Shown here: positions 18,807 to 28,206 of the stretch, piece after piece
Position numbering within the stretch: position 1 is the first letter of the stretch
Layout: each line of letters begins with the position of its first letter
Source: Syntrophales bacterium
GTDB taxonomy: Bacteria > Desulfobacterota > Syntrophia > Syntrophales > PHBD01
Direction: 5' to 3'
Assembly (NCBI GenBank): GCA_035363115.1
Contig: DAOSEM010000001.1
Span: 335,356-399,355 of the forward strand
Length of the DNA stretch: 64,000 nucleotides
Notes under the pieces: generated by a model
Databases searched by the model: none
What the model was told of the DNA's origin: nothing
Seen by the model: only the letters and a program-made list of their open reading frames with translations
Made by a program: the position numbers and the translations under genes

Positions 18807-20188
18807 GGATTCGCCTGCATCAGCCCGTACAGCTTCAGCTTCTTGTGGAGGGTGCGGCGCGTGATGCCGAGCCGGCGGGCTGCCTCGCTCTTGTTTCCTC
18901 CGGCATCCTCCAGGGTTTTCAGGATGGCGGCCCGTTCCAGTTCCTCGAGGGAGGTTCCCTCCACGGAAAGGGCCGTCTCTCCCGGGATCTCCGCCGGAGT
19001 GGGCGGGGCGCCGCCGGGGAGCGTCAGGGCCAGGTCGTCCTCCCCGAGCCGCTCCGATCGGGCCAGGACCACGCCTCGTTCTACCGCGTTCATCAGCTCC
19101 CGGACGTTTCCCGGCCAGGCGTGGCGGAGAAGCCGGTCCATCGCCCTGGGCGCGAATCCCTTGATGGCCTTTTTGTTTTTTTCCGCAAACCGGGCCAGGA
19201 AATGCTGGGCCAGAAGCGGGATGTCCTCACGGCGCTCCCGGAGGGGAGGAACGGCCAGGTTCACGACGTTCAGGCGGTAGTAGAGATCGTCCCGGAAGCG
19301 GCCCTGGCCGATTTCCTGGAGGAGATCCCGGTTCGTGGCGGCGATGATCCGCACGTCCACCGCGAGGACGTCGCTGCCGCCCACCCGCGTGATCTCACGC
19401 TCCTGGAGAACCCGGAGCAGTTTTACCTGCATCCCCAGGGACATTTCGCTTACCTCGTCAAGGAAGAGCGTTCCCCTGTCGGCCTGGCGGAATTTTCCCT
19501 CCTTGCGCCGGTCGGCCCCGGTGAAGGCCCCCTTTTCGTGACCGAAGAGCTCGGACTCCAGGAGGCTTTCCGCCAGGGCGGCGCAGTTGATCTTGACGAA
19601 GGGGCCGTCCTTCCGGAGGCTGTTGTAATGGATGGCGCCGGCGATCAGCTCCTTTCCCGTGCCCGATTCTCCCGTAATCAGGACCGTCGCCTCCGTGGGG
19701 GCGATCTGGACAACCGTCTCCAGGAGCCGGGTCATCGCGGCGGAGTGCCCCAGGAGGTTGGTGCGGTCGTACTGCTCCTTCAGGTTTTCCCGGAGCATCC
19801 GGTTCTCCTCCGCCAGGCGCAGGTGCTCCATGGCCCTTTGGAGCGTCAGCTTCAGCTCGTCGAAGTCCAGGGGCTTCGTGAGGTAGTCGTAGGCCCCCTT
19901 CTTGAGCGCCTCCACGGCGGTTTCCACCGAGGCGTAGGCCGTCATGAGGATGACCGGCAGGGCGGGGTTGAAGGCCTTGATCTCCGCCAGGGCCTCGATG
20001 CCCGAGACATGCACCATCCGGATGTCCATCAGGACCAGGTCGAGCGGTTCCTCCCGGACCGCGGCCACGGCGGCGGCACCGTCGTCGGCCTCGGTGATGT
20101 CGTATCCCCATCCTCCCAGGAGGGTTTTCAGCATGGTCCGGTGGGCCCGGTCGTCGTCGACGACGAGAATGTGTTCGCTCTTTTTCAT
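18803..20188 (-). CDS. sigma-54-dependent response regulator (ZraR/AtoC-like)
   Basis: Receiver HILVVDDD...LVLMDIRM, GESGTGKE, ESELFGHEKGAFTGA, C-terminal HTH GNKSEAARRLGITRRTLHKKL. Confidence 0.9.
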   Translation of the reverse strand: MKKSEHILVVDDDRAHRTMLKTLLGGWGYDITEADDGAAAVAAVREEPLDLVLMDIRMVHVSGIEALAEIKAFNPALPVILMTAYASVETAVEALKKGAYDYLTKPLDFDELKLTLQRAMEHLRLAEENRMLRENLKEQYDRTNLLGHSAAMTRLLETVVQIAPTEATVLITGESGTGKELIAGAIHYNSLRKDGPFVKINCAALAESLLESELFGHEKGAFTGADRRKEGKFRQADRGTLFLDEVSEMSLGMQVKLLRVLQEREITRVGGSDVLAVDVRIIAATNRDLLQEIGQGRFRDDLYYRLNVVNLAVPPLRERREDIPLLAQHFLARFAEKNKKAIKGFAPRAMDRLLRHAWPGNVRELMNAVERGVVLARSERLGEDDLALTLPGGAPPTPAEIPGETALSVEGTSLEELERAAILKTLEDAGGNKSEAARRLGITRRTLHKKLKLYGLMQANP

Positions 20189-21948
20189 GTCGTTTTCCTG
20201 TCGGGGATCCGGAACGTCACGACGGTTCCCCTGCCCGGACCGCTCTCCAGGCGGATGTCTCCATCGTGGGCCTCGACGATCTTGTGGACGATGGCCAGGC
20301 CCAGGCCCGTTCCGGACGGTTTGGTCGTGTAATAGGGATCGAAGACGCGCTCCAGGTCCTCCGCAGGAATGCCCGTCCCCGTGTCCGATATCTGAATCCG
20401 GACGGTTCCGTCCGCGTCGGCGGCCGCCGCGGTGGTCAGGATCCCGCCCTTCTCCATGGCCGCCAGGGCGTTCAGGTACAGGTTGAGGAACACCTGGTGC
20501 AGCCGGTCCGGATCCGCCTCGACGGCCGGCAGATCGTCTGGAATTCGGTTTTCCACGACGACGTTCTTCTCCCGTGCCTCTCCTGCAACGACCCGGAGCG
20601 CGCGTTCGGCCGCCTCTCCGATGGAAACGGGTTTCTTCTGGAGCGTCATGGGACGGGCGAACTCCAGGAGCTGGGTGATGACCCGGTTGAGCCGGTCCAC
20701 CTCCTGGATCAGGATGTCCGCGGTACTGCGGTCTTCCGGGATCTCCCGGTAACGCTCCCGGAAGTACGTGGCAAATCCCTTGATGGAGCTCAGGGGGTTG
20801 CGGATTTCATGGGCCACGCCGGCGGCCAGGCTGCCCAGGGATGCCAGGCGCTGGCTCCGGGCGACCTCTTCCTTGAGCTGGCGCATTTCCGTGATGTCCC
20901 GGAAAAGGAGAATGGATCCGAGCGGTGTGCCTTCTTCCGATTCCAGGGTTGTGGCCAGGGTCTCCAGGGGAAGGGTGCGGCCGTCCTCAAGCGGGCACTC
21001 CAGCTCCTTCTCGAGGGTTTTCCCACCTTCCCGCAGATCCTCCAGCAGATCCCACAGGCATTGGGGGAGCATTTCCCGGGCCGGCTTGCCGTCCACCCCG
21101 CCCGGAGCAAGGCTGAGGATGTCCTCGGCCGACCGGTTGCAGGCGGCAATGAGGCCGTCGTTTCCGACGGCGATGAGACCGATGGGCATGTGCTCCACAA
21201 GCCGGTCCGAGAAGGCCTTGATCCGGGAGAGCGACTGTCGCGTCATCCGCCATTCCTGGACGATGAAGAGAATCAGGAATCCGGCGCAACCAACCAGAAG
21301 GAAAAGGACGCCCTGGGCGATCGACTGGTTTCTCTGCCGCTTCCGGATGTCCTCGAGGGGGGTTGTATCCAGCCCGACGAAAACGATCAGCTGCCGGATC
21401 GCCTCCGGATTCACAGGAGGAGCGATCCGGCCTCCCGGGCCGAAGAGGCGACGGCCGGCGACGGGCTTGAAAGCCTGGTAAACCTCGAAGCTGTCTTCGC
21501 CGCCGGGGTTCGGAACCAGTCTCCAGCGAACCTGCCCGGAGCGGGCGATCTCCTTCAGATCCAGGTCGGTTCCATAGGGACGGCCCACCGACGAGGGATC
21601 ACTGTCCGCCAGGATGGTTCCCTCCCCGTCCACGACAACCATGTAATCGATACCCTGCTGCTGGGCCGTCTCGATCAGCAGTTTCTGCAGTTCCAGATAT
21701 CCCCAGCGGTGCAGGCCCAGGCCCGTTCGGGCCCCCGCCTCATAGGAGCGGATCAGGGCTTCTCCCTTCTCCAGGAGAAGCTGGTTCATGAAAGCCTCGT
21801 GGCGGGTCATGTTTGTCATCGCCATCCAGCCGTAAAGGGGGGCAAGAATGACCGCGGCGCCGAGGACGATCCAGGGCGAGAAACCGGCCCAGAAGGGTTT
21901 CCCGGGAGAGAGGCGGGCATGTTTTGTTCGTTTCGTCCGGGTGTTCAT
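20185..21948 (-). CDS. sensor histidine kinase (ZraS/AtoS-like; periplasmic domain-TM-PAS-HisKA-HATPase)
   Basis: Two TM segments flank a periplasmic domain. PAS, H-box AAGVAHEIRNPLSSIKGF, ISDTGTGIP...GTGLGLAIVHKIV. 4-nt overlap with the regulator gene. Confidence 0.85.
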   Translation of the reverse strand: MNTRTKRTKHARLSPGKPFWAGFSPWIVLGAAVILAPLYGWMAMTNMTRHEAFMNQLLLEKGEALIRSYEAGARTGLGLHRWGYLELQKLLIETAQQQGIDYMVVVDGEGTILADSDPSSVGRPYGTDLDLKEIARSGQVRWRLVPNPGGEDSFEVYQAFKPVAGRRLFGPGGRIAPPVNPEAIRQLIVFVGLDTTPLEDIRKRQRNQSIAQGVLFLLVGCAGFLILFIVQEWRMTRQSLSRIKAFSDRLVEHMPIGLIAVGNDGLIAACNRSAEDILSLAPGGVDGKPAREMLPQCLWDLLEDLREGGKTLEKELECPLEDGRTLPLETLATTLESEEGTPLGSILLFRDITEMRQLKEEVARSQRLASLGSLAAGVAHEIRNPLSSIKGFATYFRERYREIPEDRSTADILIQEVDRLNRVITQLLEFARPMTLQKKPVSIGEAAERALRVVAGEAREKNVVVENRIPDDLPAVEADPDRLHQVFLNLYLNALAAMEKGGILTTAAAADADGTVRIQISDTGTGIPAEDLERVFDPYYTTKPSGTGLGLAIVHKIVEAHDGDIRLESGPGRGTVVTFRIPDRKTT

Positions 21949-21966
21949 GATGTCCTGTTTCCAGGG

Positions 21967-22014
21967 TGGATAGTTCGTATCCAGCCGGATACCACGGGCG
22001 GATATTCTGTATCC
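21967..22014. promoter_or_regulatory. candidate enhancer (UAS): two GGATA-N5-TATCC palindromes plus a half-site
   Basis: TGGATAGTTCGTATCCA (21967-21983), GGATA (21987-21991), GGATATTCTGTATCC (22000-22014). These lie about 100-140 bp upstream of the sigma-54 promoter at 22111. Confidence 0.45.
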
Positions 22015-22080
22015 ACTTTTTTCTCACCAGGGTGCCAGGAAGCGGAGCGGGGAACGGTTAGTTTATTATAACAATTGTTA

Positions 22081-22093
22081 AATCAATAGGTTG
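22081..22093 (+). promoter_or_regulatory. candidate IHF site
   Basis: AATCAATAGGTTG fits WATCAANNNNTTR, in an AT-rich stretch between the UAS and the -24/-12 promoter. Confidence 0.4.
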
Positions 22094-22110
22094 TGGATTG
22101 GCTTCTGTGT

Positions 22111-22126
22111 TGGCATGGCCGTTGCT
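22111..22126 (+). promoter_or_regulatory. sigma-54 (-24/-12) promoter of the Spy/CpxP/ZraP-like gene
   Basis: TGGCATGGCCGTTGCT has GG (22112-13) and GC (22124-25) separated by 10 nt, matching TGGCAC-N5-TTGCW. It is 77 nt upstream of ATG 22203, which has an AGGAG RBS. Confidence 0.65.
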
Positions 22127-22202
22127 TCGTATCCCCGCAAAAGGGAAACGGAAGCGCGAAGAACAAAAAAAAGAAAGAGCAATATAGAAAGGAGATCCGG
22201 AA

Positions 22203-22724
22203 ATGAAAGGCAAGAAATGGATGACGACCGTGGCCATTCTGGCTGTTGTCCTGATGGCCACCACGACCTGGGCATACGGTCCGGGCGGAGGCAGAGGATG
22301 GGGGAGGGGCCCCTGTTACAATACGGGTGACGTAGGCGGTCCGGCGGGCCTGAACCTGACGGCGGAACAGAGTGCGAAGATGCAGGCCCTGCGGGTAGCC
22401 CACCAGAAGGATGTACAGCCCCTCCAGGCGGCCATGTTCGCGAAGCGGGGCGAGCTCAGGACACTCTGGCTGGATAACCCCCCGAGCGAGGAGAAGATCC
22501 TGAAGGTGAACAGAGATATCGATGCCATCAAGGCCCAGTTGAATGAAAAGGCCACGAAGCACCGCCTCCAGATGCTGAATGTCCTGACACCCGAGCAGAA
22601 GGCCCAGGTCCAGACGCGCGGTCCCGGCTTCGGTCGTGGCTTCGGTCCGGGAGCGGGTGCCGGATGCGACGGGTGGGGCCCCGGCAGCGGTCAGGGACGG
22701 GGAATGGGTCCCAGGGGCTGGTAA
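22203..22724 (+). CDS. periplasmic Spy/CpxP/ZraP-family protein (LTxxQ motif) with Gly-rich termini
   Basis: Signal peptide MKGKKWMTTVAILAVVLMATTTWA. LTAEQSAKMQAL and LTPEQKAQV (LTxxQ repeats). GPGFGRGFGPGAGAG tail. Confidence 0.8.
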   Translation: MKGKKWMTTVAILAVVLMATTTWAYGPGGGRGWGRGPCYNTGDVGGPAGLNLTAEQSAKMQALRVAHQKDVQPLQAAMFAKRGELRTLWLDNPPSEEKILKVNRDIDAIKAQLNEKATKHRLQMLNVLTPEQKAQVQTRGPGFGRGFGPGAGAGCDGWGPGSGQGRGMGPRGW

Positions 22725-22764
22725 GCAACTCCCAACCGGCGCAGAGCGCCTGACATAGAGAAAA

Positions 22765-22799
22765 GGGTCGGAGGATCGTGAACCTCCGGCCCTTTTTTT
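22765..22799 (+). terminator. intrinsic terminator
   Basis: GGGTCGGAGG (22765-74), 8-nt loop, CCTCCGGCCC (22783-92), then TTTTTTT (22793-99). Confidence 0.8.
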
Positions 22800-23050
22800 C
22801 GTCCGGGGCGCGGGGGCTGCCGCGGTGGTTTCCGCCGTCGCGGAAGCGTTTCCGCAAACGGTGTACTGAGAGCGGTAAGCCGGCGGAATGAAAACGCTTC
22901 CCAATGCTTCCTCTGGAAACCCCGGTCGCGCCCCCGCGGACATTGGGCGATGCCGGGTGATCTGGTCTCCGGGGCTGCAATCTGAGGGTTGATGTCCGGG
23001 ACGGGAAAGCGTAGGAGAAATGTCCTGTCGTTTTCCTGGAGCAAACCCGA

Positions 23051-24073
23051 ATGATCCGGACCATCCATCGAATATTTCTCTCCGGTGCGTCACTGCGACG
23101 GCCCTTTACGCGGGAATTCTTCCCGCCGCGCAGGCGGATCGTTCCGCTGCTGCTCTCCCTGCTTTTCCTGCTCATGGCCGCTCCCGCCTCGGCGGAGCGA
23201 GCCTGCCGGCATCTCGTCATCCTGGGCGATCCCCATGTCCCCGGGCAGCACATGGCCGCGAAGGAACAGGTCCTTCAGACGGTGAACTCCTGGCCGGACG
23301 TGGATCTGGTCGTTGCCGTGGGGGACCTCTGCGAGGACCGCGGGACCGTCGATGAGTACCGGACGGTGAAGCGGTTCTTCGGCGGGCTCGCGAAACCGTT
23401 TCTGCCGATTCCGGGCAACCATGACGTCGTGTACCGGGACGAGCTGAACGCAAACGGGCGGAGGGTGCGCGGAGACGACGCCTCCCGGGAGGAGAAGCGG
23501 CGGCGTTTCCGGGAGACCTTCGGGTTGGCTGCGGACTATCACAGCAGGAAAATGGGCGCTTACCTGCTCGTTTTCCTCGCGCCGGAGAGGCCCGAGCACC
23601 TCGCGGAGATGTCGTACCGGCAGGTCGACTGGCTGAGATCGGAACTGAAAAAGAACCGGCGGCTCCCGACCATCGTATTTTTCCACGCCCCCCTCCGGGG
23701 CACCCTCCCGGACTACAATTTCCGCGTCAACACGCCGAACTACATCGCTCAGCCGGCCGACCGGATCCACGACGTCCTGATGGAGAATCCCCAGGTCTTC
23801 CTCTGGGTCTCCGGGCACACCCATACGGTACCGTTCCGGGACGGTTTCGCCTCGCCGATCAACACATACGGGAAACACGTCACGAACATCCACAATCCCG
23901 ACATGAACCGCGCCGGTATCTGGACAAATTCCCTCTACCTGTTTCCCGACCGCATCGTCATCCGGACCTACGATCATAGAAAAGGCGCCTGGCTTCCGGA
24001 GCTCGAGCGGACCATCCGGCCGGAGGACCCGCGGAAAACGTCAGGCCGGAGCCGCGCCGGCATTCCGCCCTGA
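23051..24073 (+). CDS. secreted metallophosphoesterase
   Basis: Signal-like N-terminus. GDPH, GDLCED, GNHD, FFHAP, GHTH motifs in canonical order. Confidence 0.8.
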   Translation: MIRTIHRIFLSGASLRRPFTREFFPPRRRIVPLLLSLLFLLMAAPASAERACRHLVILGDPHVPGQHMAAKEQVLQTVNSWPDVDLVVAVGDLCEDRGTVDEYRTVKRFFGGLAKPFLPIPGNHDVVYRDELNANGRRVRGDDASREEKRRRFRETFGLAADYHSRKMGAYLLVFLAPERPEHLAEMSYRQVDWLRSELKKNRRLPTIVFFHAPLRGTLPDYNFRVNTPNYIAQPADRIHDVLMENPQVFLWVSGHTHTVPFRDGFASPINTYGKHVTNIHNPDMNRAGIWTNSLYLFPDRIVIRTYDHRKGAWLPELERTIRPEDPRKTSGRSRAGIPP

Positions 24074-24161
24074 CGGTGGCCTGCATCGGAACGTTCGGGT
24101 TGATTAACGGGCGAAGATATTATAGAAAGAACGCCACTCGGCATTTGTGGAGCGAGTACAA

Positions 24162-25436
24162 ATGGGCCTCACCATCACCGAAAAAATCCTTCTCCGGCAC
24201 ACCGACCTCACGGACATCCGTCCGGGCATGCTCATCAACGCCCGCGTGGACGTGGCCCTGGGGCACGACATCACGGCGCCCATCGCCATCGACGAGTTCA
24301 GGAAAGCCGGGGGGGGAAAGGTCTTCGATCCCTCCAGGGTCGTCCTGGTGGCGGACCACTTCACCCCTAACAAGGACATCCTCTCGGCGGGACAGGTGAA
24401 GATCCTCCGGGAGTTCGCCCGGGAGCAGGGCCTGACCCACTATTATGAGGGGGGGCGGTGCGGCGTCGAGCACGTCCTGCTTCACGAGAAGGGGATCGTC
24501 GTCCCCGGAGACGTGGTCATCGGCGCCGACAGCCACACCTGCACGTACGGTGCCCTGGGGGCCTTCTCCACCGGTGTCGGGAGCACGGATCTCGCGGCGG
24601 TCATGATGACCGGCGAAGTCTGGCTCCGCGTCCCCGAGAGCATGGAGATCGTCCTCCGCGGTCGCCTAGGGCGCTGGGTGGGCGGGAAGGACGTCATTCT
24701 CCACGTCATCGGCCGGATCGGCGTTGACGGTGCCCTGTACAAGGCCATGGAATTCAAGGGAGACGGTGTTTCCGCGCTGTCCCTGGCGGACCGGTTGACC
24801 ATGGCCAACATGGTCATCGAGGCGGGGGCCAAGAATGGGATCTTCGCGGCGGATGCCGCCACGGAGGCCTATGTGAAGGAGCGGGCCGGCCGGACCGGCA
24901 GCCTCCTCGCCTCCGACCCGGACGCCCGGTACGCCGAGCGCCTGGAGGTGGACCTGGACGCCCTGGAGCCCCAGGTGGCCTTTCCCCACCTGCCCTCCAA
25001 CACCCGGGGAATCCGCGACGCGGGCAACGTTCCCATCGACCAGGTCTACATCGGCTCCTGCACGAACGGCCGGATCGAGGACCTGCGGATCGCCGCGTCG
25101 CTCCTGAAGGGGAGAAAGGCGGCGCCGGGGCTCCGCCTGATCGTCGTCCCTGCCACGCCGGAGGTCTACGGCCAGGCCCTGCGGGAAGGGCTCCTGGAGA
25201 TCTTCCTTGCCGCCGACGCCGTGATCGGTCCGCCTACGTGCGGACCTTGCCTGGGCGGGCACATGGGGATCCTGGCGGAGGGCGAGCGGGCCGTGGCGAC
25301 AACGAACCGGAACTTCGTGGGCCGCATGGGCCACACGAAAAGCGAGGTCTACCTGGCCAACCCCGCCGTGGCTGCGGCGTCGGCCGTCCTGGGCCGGATC
25401 GCCGGACCCGACGAACTCGAGAGGGGTGCCCGATGA
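24162..25436 (+). CDS. leuC: 3-isopropylmalate (or homoaconitate-type) dehydratase large subunit
   Basis: MGLTITEKIL..., ADSHTCTYGA, IGSCTNGRIEDL, PTCGPCLG (aconitase-family cluster ligands). The short form (about 425 aa) is typical of the archaeal-type enzyme. Confidence 0.85.
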   Translation: MGLTITEKILLRHTDLTDIRPGMLINARVDVALGHDITAPIAIDEFRKAGGGKVFDPSRVVLVADHFTPNKDILSAGQVKILREFAREQGLTHYYEGGRCGVEHVLLHEKGIVVPGDVVIGADSHTCTYGALGAFSTGVGSTDLAAVMMTGEVWLRVPESMEIVLRGRLGRWVGGKDVILHVIGRIGVDGALYKAMEFKGDGVSALSLADRLTMANMVIEAGAKNGIFAADAATEAYVKERAGRTGSLLASDPDARYAERLEVDLDALEPQVAFPHLPSNTRGIRDAGNVPIDQVYIGSCTNGRIEDLRIAASLLKGRKAAPGLRLIVVPATPEVYGQALREGLLEIFLAADAVIGPPTCGPCLGGHMGILAEGERAVATTNRNFVGRMGHTKSEVYLANPAVAAASAVLGRIAGPDELERGAR

Positions 25437-25945
25437 AATTCCGGGGCCGCGTGTGGATCTTCGGGGACAACGTCGACACCGACGTCATCTATCCCGCCCG
25501 GTACATGAACATCCACGATCCGAAGCAGATGGCCGCCCACTGCATGGAGGACGCCGACCCGGATTTCATGAAGAAGATCCGCCCCGGCGACATCATCGTG
25601 GCGGGAGAGAATTTCGGCTGCGGCTCCTCCCGGGAGCACGCCCCCATCGCCATCCGCGAGGCGGGCCTTTCGTGCGTCGTGGCCCGGAGCTTCGCCCGCA
25701 TCTTCTACCGCAACGCTTTCAACATGGGGCTGCCCATCTTCGAGTCGGCGGATCTGCGGGACCGGGTGGCGGAGGGGGCTGAGATCGAGATAGACGGTGC
25801 CGCCGGGACGATCCGCATCCTCGGCGGAGAGGGAGAGACCCTGTCCATCCAGCCCATCCCGCCGTTCATGCAGGAACTGCTTCAGGACGGCGGCCTCATG
25901 AAGCACCTGGCGAAGAAGCGGTCCGCCGGGGAGGGACGGACATGA
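25433..25945 (+). CDS. leuD: 3-isopropylmalate dehydratase small subunit
   Basis: [24 protein letters not shown]...[18 protein letters not shown] overlaps on both sides. Confidence 0.85.
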   Translation: MKFRGRVWIFGDNVDTDVIYPARYMNIHDPKQMAAHCMEDADPDFMKKIRPGDIIVAGENFGCGSSREHAPIAIREAGLSCVVARSFARIFYRNAFNMGLPIFESADLRDRVAEGAEIEIDGAAGTIRILGGEGETLSIQPIPPFMQELLQDGGLMKHLAKKRSAGEGRT

Positions 25946-27036
25946 GCGGGAAACAATTCCGGATCGCCGTATTCGCGGGCGACGGCATCGGGCCGGAGGT
26001 TGTCCGGGAGGCCCTGCGGGTCCTTGAGGCCCTGACGGAGGACACGGGCCTGTCCGTCGATATCCGGGAGGGCTTTGTCGGCGGTGCCGCCTTTGACCGG
26101 TTCGGGGAGCCCCTTCCGGAGCAGAGCCTGTCGCTGGCGATGGAGTCCGACGCCGTTCTCCTTGGCGCCGTGGGCGGTCCCAAATGGGAGGCCCTTGAGT
26201 ACGGCCTCCGGCCGGAGCGGGCCCTCCTGGGGCTCCGGGAGCGGCTGGGCCTGTTCGCCAATCTCCGCCCGGTCCACGTCTTCGAGGAACTTCTGGACGC
26301 CTCCCCGCTCAGGCGCTCCGTCGTCGAGGGAACCGACGTCCTGATCGTCCGGGAGCTGACGGGAGACCTCTACTTCGGGATCCCCCGGGGGGTCCGTGTC
26401 GAGGACGGGCAGCGGGTGGGGATCAACACCCTCGTCTACACGGAAGGGGAGATCCGCCGCATCGCGAAAACGGGCTTCGAAGCCGCCCGGGCGCGGAGAA
26501 GGAAACTGCTCTCCGTGGACAAGGCAAACGTCCTGGAGAGCACCCAGCTCTGGCGGGACGTGGTGACGGAGGTCGGCCGGGACTACCCGGACGTGGAGCT
26601 CGGCCACATGTACGTGGACAACTGTGCCATGCAGCTGGTCCGCAATCCGCGCCAGTTCGACGTCATCGTCACGACGAACATGTTCGGCGACATCCTGAGC
26701 GACGAGGCCGCCATGATCACGGGATCCATCGGCATGCTGCCGTCGGCGAGCCTTGGGGACGGCCGGGGGATGTACGAGCCCATCCACGGATCGGCCCCGG
26801 ACATTGCCGGGACGGACGCGGCCAATCCCCTGGGAACGATCCTCTCCGTCGCCATGATGCTCCGCCATTCCTTCGGCCTCGAGAAGGAGGCCCGGCGGAT
26901 CGAGGACGCCGTCCGGGCGGTCCTCCGGGACGGGCTCCGGACCCGCGACATCGCCGGGGACGGGGCAGGGCCGGCGCCCGTCGGCACCGTCGCCATGGGG
27001 GACGCCGTCGTCCGGAAGATCCGGGACGGGGCCTGA
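25942..27036 (+). CDS. leuB: 3-isopropylmalate dehydrogenase
   Basis: [15 protein letters not shown]...NLRP...[27 protein letters not shown]...[13 protein letters not shown]. Confidence 0.9.
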   Translation: MSGKQFRIAVFAGDGIGPEVVREALRVLEALTEDTGLSVDIREGFVGGAAFDRFGEPLPEQSLSLAMESDAVLLGAVGGPKWEALEYGLRPERALLGLRERLGLFANLRPVHVFEELLDASPLRRSVVEGTDVLIVRELTGDLYFGIPRGVRVEDGQRVGINTLVYTEGEIRRIAKTGFEAARARRRKLLSVDKANVLESTQLWRDVVTEVGRDYPDVELGHMYVDNCAMQLVRNPRQFDVIVTTNMFGDILSDEAAMITGSIGMLPSASLGDGRGMYEPIHGSAPDIAGTDAANPLGTILSVAMMLRHSFGLEKEARRIEDAVRAVLRDGLRTRDIAGDGAGPAPVGTVAMGDAVVRKIRDGA

Positions 27037-27095
27037 CGGTCTCCCCGGGCAAGGACCGCCGGCGAACCGATCCGGCCGCCCCGAAGGGAGCGAAG

Positions 27096-27761
27096 ATGCA
27101 GGACACACCCGGCCGGCCCTGGCCGGTCACCGTTTTCGACGCCATTCCCCTCCGCACGCCCGTCCGGGAGATCTATCGCCGCCTGGGCTGGCGGTCGGGA
27201 CGTACGGAGCTTCCGGACGAGCGGCGGCGCGAGGTGGACCGGCAGATCCGGGAGGCCGAATCCCTGATTCATCTTCGGGGGGCGGCCCGGAGAGTTCCTC
27301 TCCGCCTCCTGGAGGCGGGACGTACGGTCCTGGCCGGAGGACAATCGCTGGAGAGCGCGAAGCTGTCCCGTTTCCTGGAAGGGTGCCCGGATGTTCTCCT
27401 GATGGCCGCCACGGCGGGAGGGGACATTGTAGCGGAGGCCTCCCGGGATACCGCCGCAGGAAGCGCCACACGCGGGGTGGTTCTGGACGCCGCGGCTAGC
27501 GAGATCACCGACGCCGCCCTGGACTGGATCGCGGCCTGGTTCAACAGGATGCTCCTCCGGGAGGGGCGGAGGCTGCTCAAAAGGCGGTATTCCCCCGGCT
27601 ACGGGGACCTGGCCCTGGAGAGCCAGCGGACTCTCTTCAAACTCCTGGAGCTTGACCGGATCGGCGTTTCCCTGACGGATCACAGCCTCCTTGTGCCGGA
27701 AAAGTCCGTTATCGCCCTGACGGGCATCCTGCCGGGGACGGAGCCGGATCATGATCGCTGA
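27096..27761 (+). CDS. stand-alone methionine synthase activation (reactivation/AdoMet-binding) domain protein
   Basis: ...RRYSPGYGDLALESQRTLFKLLELDRIGVSLTDHSLLVPEKSVIALTGI resembles the C-terminal activation domain of MetH. Confidence 0.7.
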   Translation: MQDTPGRPWPVTVFDAIPLRTPVREIYRRLGWRSGRTELPDERRREVDRQIREAESLIHLRGAARRVPLRLLEAGRTVLAGGQSLESAKLSRFLEGCPDVLLMAATAGGDIVAEASRDTAAGSATRGVVLDAAASEITDAALDWIAAWFNRMLLREGRRLLKRRYSPGYGDLALESQRTLFKLLELDRIGVSLTDHSLLVPEKSVIALTGILPGTEPDHDR

Positions 27762-28206
27762 CCACTCGTTCCTGTTCGAAGAGGGGCTCTGGGGCGCCCG
27801 TGGATACTACATCGATTCCATCGGGGTCCCTTATCCGGTGGAGGGCGAATCCCGGATCACCCACGAGGGGGACTCTTGGATCAACGATTCGTGGATGCGC
27901 ATCCCGGCGGACCCGCCCGTGGAATACCGGAACCGGTACGTGATCACGCCCTTCGAGGAAGGGACCGACTGCACCGCCTGGATTTCCGACAATCCGGCGC
28001 TGGGCCGGCTCCGGGGGACGTTCGTCCTGGTGGACGACGCGATCCTGTCCGTCTATGGTACGGAAGACGGCCGTCTCCGGGGCAGTGAGGCTCTTTTCAG
28101 GGTTTCGAGCATTTTTTACAGGGGGCGGGGGTGCCTGATGGAAGGGGAGAAGAAAATTTCCTCCTGGTCGGTGGAGCTGAAGCGGCGGGAAAGCGGGACA
28201 AGATGA
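27751..28206 (+). CDS. hypothetical protein (151 aa) between the metH activation-domain gene and the metH core
   Basis: MIADHSFLFEEGLWGARGYYIDSIGVPYPVEGESRITHEGDSW...; overlaps the upstream stop by 11 nt and the downstream ATG by ATGA. No family recognised. Confidence 0.5.
   Translation: MIADHSFLFEEGLWGARGYYIDSIGVPYPVEGESRITHEGDSWINDSWMRIPADPPVEYRNRYVITPFEEGTDCTAWISDNPALGRLRGTFVLVDDAILSVYGTEDGRLRGSEALFRVSSIFYRGRGCLMEGEKKISSWSVELKRRESGTR

Noticed and set aside
22018-22037. TGGCAC on the minus strand (GTGCCA at 22032-37) as a sigma-54 promoter for the kinase-regulator-etfB operon
   Set aside because: The -12 position reads TGAGA with no GC dinucleotide at the required 10-nt spacing, so it fails the invariant part of the consensus.
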